From IMG/VR virus record IMGVR_UViG_3300020045_013066, positions 1-37,628 of that record: a DNA stretch of 37,628 nt. One strand, 5' to 3'. Under the pieces are notes generated by a model, which saw only the letters and a program-made list of their open reading frames with translations, did not search any database and was not told the origin of the DNA. Numbering within the stretch: the first letter of the stretch is position 1; the number at the start of each line of letters is the position of its first letter. This document shows, piece by piece, positions 35,363 through 37,628 of this stretch. Both the position numbers and the translations under genes were made by a program. Source of the stretch: a virus (lineage: Duplodnaviria; Caudoviricetes).

Positions 35363-35370
35363 CAAATATA
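35363..35370 (-). promoter_or_regulatory. -7 element TATATTTG, 4 nt before the capsid ATG
   Basis: Exact consensus TATATTTG-TAGC-ATG. Confidence 0.7.
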
Positions 35371-35413
35371 TAATTAATTTTTATTAATGATAATTTTTGG
35401 AAAAATATTTTTA

Positions 35414-37144
35414 TTATACAGTAATTTCTGCCGCCGGTGGTTCATCTGCGACCGGTGGCGTAAGTGTAATCGGACGGCGAATTCCGCCGTCTTCCTTCCA
35501 AGCTGCGATAACTTTTTCGCCCATTTCTGGAAACTTCGCTAATTCTCGGAAATATTTTTCGTCTGCTTCTGTTGGTGTAATGGTACCGGCACGTACCCCA
35601 ACGCCATAAGCATCTAATACACGTTTGAGATCTTCCGCGTTCATTGTTCCTTCCATACCGGCAGAACCGACCGCAGGATCCGCAAGCGCTTCCGGTTGGA
35701 TAATCCATTCTACTTCGATACCTGCGTCTTTGAAACGTTTTTTGTCTGCAATAATTTGAGCCATTAGAACGTCCGGATTATAACCACGGCGTTTACATGC
35801 TTCATCCCAGGAAACCAAACCGGCTTTTAATTCCAAAATAAGTCCGTTCATTTCCTTAACTGGATCTATCATTTCGCGGCCTTGTGGTGTCCATTCCGCC
35901 GCAACTTTGCGGGAAATCACATTTTTAATAAGAAGACCTTCTATAAACCAATCCCATATTTTTTCGCAGAACTGCGGGATAAACATATTATATTGCCAGT
36001 CTTCGATTTGACGCTGTGCTTCAATCCAACCCATGCGCCCGGAACTGAAGTTTACGTTACCCATATCGCCGGTAAGTTGTTCGTAAGTAATTCCGTAACC
36101 TGCCGCGCTTTTTTGTTGGTTTTTGGAAACGTATTCGGAATAATTTGCAGGCGTAGGCGGTTTGTTGAATGTAACAGTTTCACCTGGCGCCATTCTTTGA
36201 ATCATTCCCGGTTCCATGTGATCGACCGTAATTCCATCTTCGGTGGTCGCGTTTACGGTGTCGACAATTTCCGGCATAGTGGTAAATGCCACGTGGCACG
36301 CAGAAACCTTCATCGCCATAAGTGCAGCGTCTTCGTAATCCGATAAATCACGCATATTTAGCATAGCAGAAGAACCAAACGGAATTCCGCGAACCTGTTC
36401 CGGGAATTCCTTATAAAATATCTGGATAACATCGTCGGCCGAAACGAATTTCGGTGCAAGTTTTAAAGCGAATTCGTTATTCGGATTGTATTCGTGCATC
36501 CAGTAACCGACTTTGCGCCCGCGGGCGTCAAACTCAACACCCTGGACGATATAATTATCCGGGCTTCGAAGTGTTGCAAAACTATTCTTTTGATGGTCGC
36601 ACATATGCGGCGAAAGTATTTGCAGTTTAAACGGGATAAGATTTTCTTTGGCGGCGTCCCTTTGACGGACGACAAAGATTTCGCCCTGCATCGCAACGGT
36701 ACGCATTCCGATAGATTGCAAACCGTAAATATTAAAAAAACTGTCGAAATCGGAATTTTTTACAAACCATTCCCACGCAGATTTTATTTTTTTAATTTCG
36801 GTGGTACTTAGTGCTTTGGTGTCGCCTGCCATCGGTACAGGTGTCGGCATTATACCGGTGCCTATTACATTGTTCTGGATGGTTCGGATAGCTTTAAATA
36901 CGGAAGGATTGTTTTTATAAGCATCGATGGAACGTTCGCGAAGCAAATGCAAAGAACGCATAATGTCTATGTTTTGATTATTGGATCCGCCAGGTGTCCA
37001 ACCTTCGCCGCGGCGACCTTTTGTCGCACCATCGTACGAACGTTTAGCGGATTTAATAATACTTTCCTGGGCACGAAGTTTCGCACGTTCCAGTCCGGCT
37101 TTTGGACTTACAGCCGAAATTAGTTTGTCTAAAATGTTAGTCAT
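35414..37144 (-). CDS. Portal protein, lambda family (start MTNILD at 37144)
   Basis: YDGA..GRR, LRERS, QGVEFD..GR.VGYW, QVRGIP, YEQLTGD...VNFSSGRMG, IDPVKE. Confidence 0.95.
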   Translation of the reverse strand: MTNILDKLISAVSPKAGLERAKLRAQESIIKSAKRSYDGATKGRRGEGWTPGGSNNQNIDIMRSLHLLRERSIDAYKNNPSVFKAIRTIQNNVIGTGIMPTPVPMAGDTKALSTTEIKKIKSAWEWFVKNSDFDSFFNIYGLQSIGMRTVAMQGEIFVVRQRDAAKENLIPFKLQILSPHMCDHQKNSFATLRSPDNYIVQGVEFDARGRKVGYWMHEYNPNNEFALKLAPKFVSADDVIQIFYKEFPEQVRGIPFGSSAMLNMRDLSDYEDAALMAMKVSACHVAFTTMPEIVDTVNATTEDGITVDHMEPGMIQRMAPGETVTFNKPPTPANYSEYVSKNQQKSAAGYGITYEQLTGDMGNVNFSSGRMGWIEAQRQIEDWQYNMFIPQFCEKIWDWFIEGLLIKNVISRKVAAEWTPQGREMIDPVKEMNGLILELKAGLVSWDEACKRRGYNPDVLMAQIIADKKRFKDAGIEVEWIIQPEALADPAVGSAGMEGTMNAEDLKRVLDAYGVGVRAGTITPTEADEKYFRELAKFPEMGEKVIAAWKEDGGIRRPITLTPPVADEPPAAEITV

Positions 37145-37394
37145 AATTAAATCTGCCGTATCTGCGGCGGCCCGGATTTGTACCTTTGGAAACTGCTGCG
37201 TATGTGCGACCGTTGTTATTAACATCGTTCGGGAAAAGTTGGGCTTCCATCATTCCTTTTATACGAATCATATCGTTAAGGGAACGATATTCGACGGTTT
37301 TATCACCGTAAACGACTTTGGTTGCACCGGTCGCGATTGCCGCGGAAAGTGTTTGGTACTCCAATAATGTATAAACTACGACTGGAATCGGCAT
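37137..37394 (-). CDS. Head-tail joining protein, lambda gpW-like
   Basis: L.AAIATGA..V.YGDKTVEYRSL.DM. Confidence 0.9.
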   Translation of the reverse strand: MPIPVVVYTLLEYQTLSAAIATGATKVVYGDKTVEYRSLNDMIRIKGMMEAQLFPNDVNNNGRTYAAVSKGTNPGRRRYGRFNYD

Positions 37395-37410
37395 AAGGAA
37401 TTATTTTCGG

Positions 37411-37418
37411 TAAATATA
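37411..37418 (-). promoter_or_regulatory. -7 variant TATATTTA upstream of gpW
   Basis: Directly follows the terminator U tract; 16 nt before ATG. Confidence 0.55.
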
Positions 37419-37419
37419 T

Positions 37420-37450
37420 AAAAAAATCCTACGCGTGAACGTAGGATTTT
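37420..37450 (-). terminator. Intrinsic terminator
   Basis: AAAATCCTACG/CGTAGGATTTT inverted repeat. Confidence 0.8.
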
Positions 37451-37494
37451 AAAAATCGATCCCTACTTCGATTTTAGGAAACTTAACTTAACCT
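37420..37494 (-). ncRNA. Candidate structured small RNA/leader with two hairpins
   Basis: Promoter-like TATATTCG at 37499-37506, hairpin AAAATCGA-AGTAGGGA-TCGATTTT, then a terminator; no ORF. Confidence 0.35.
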
Positions 37495-37509
37495 GTGGCG
37501 AATATAAAC

Positions 37510-37538
37510 AAAAAACCCGATACGCTCGTGCATCGGGT
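37510..37538 (-). terminator. Intrinsic terminator
   Basis: Minus strand ACCCGATGCAC-GA-GCGTATCGGGT-TTTTT. Confidence 0.7.
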
Positions 37539-37628
37539 AAAAATTAGTTCCAGGACGTGTAACGCCGGATTCTGGAATACTGTTTTTGGATGGGTTTTTG
37601 TATGGCGTATAATGGTTGTGGTATTTAC

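Larger units (their letters stand above)
1..37628. mobile_element. Tailed phage/prophage genome segment (lambda-like head, P2-like contractile tail), probable Flavobacteriaceae host
   Basis: Contiguous head, tail, baseplate, lysis and replication genes with no host housekeeping context; Bacteroidota-type promoter motifs. Confidence 0.95.

Noticed and set aside
34028-35377. 449-aa plus-strand ORF and other long antisense ORFs (24640..25509, 26008..26691, 28468..29124, 10496..11113)
   Set aside because: Shadow frames opposite well-recognised minus-strand genes; Ser/Thr-rich translations with no motifs
37145-37225. N-terminal extension of the portal in the ORF track
   Set aside because: Lies inside gpW; ATG at 37144 overlapping the gpW end is the natural start
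37540-37628. C-terminus of an upstream gene (e.g. terminase)
   Set aside because: No frame gives a recognisable motif; too short to call

Overview
The whole window is bacteriophage (or prophage) DNA, most likely from a contractile-tailed phage of a Flavobacteriaceae/Bacteroidota host. The host call rests on TAnnTTTG-type -7 promoter elements, A-rich start regions with no Shine-Dalgarno, and a Flavobacterium-type nucleoid-associated protein gene. Nearly all genes are on the minus strand. From the right end: a lambda-like head module (gpW, portal, protease-capsid fusion, DUF2190), then a P2-like tail module (sheath, tube, chaperone with -1 frameshift, tape measure, U, X, D, V, gp25, J, I). The tail module is interrupted by a cassette with a 925-aa signal-peptide fibre/beta-helix protein and small membrane proteins. 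It is followed by a DUF3380 endolysin, a C39-like protease and a small secreted-peptide moron. A divergent control region at about 13.4 kb drives a short plus-strand island (tandem-repeat protein, Acb2/Tad1-like protein). It also drives a long leftward early/replication arm: HTH regulator, NdpA-like protein, initiator, DnaC-like ATPase, beta clamp, SNF2-like helicase with an in-frame TAA, DNA methyltransferase, HNH, SPFH, HD protein and gpZ-like protein. No integrase, terminase, tRNA or CRISPR was seen. The most notable non-obvious signals are (1) a candidate 57-nt sRNA complementary to phage translation-initiation regions, (2) repeated terminator-promoter-leaderless-ATG units, (3) a strand-polarised AACCTCAAC motif in a CTC/GAG-poor genome, and (4) a putatively Sec-exported receptor-binding protein. 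All family assignments come from motif recognition by eye, not from database searches.
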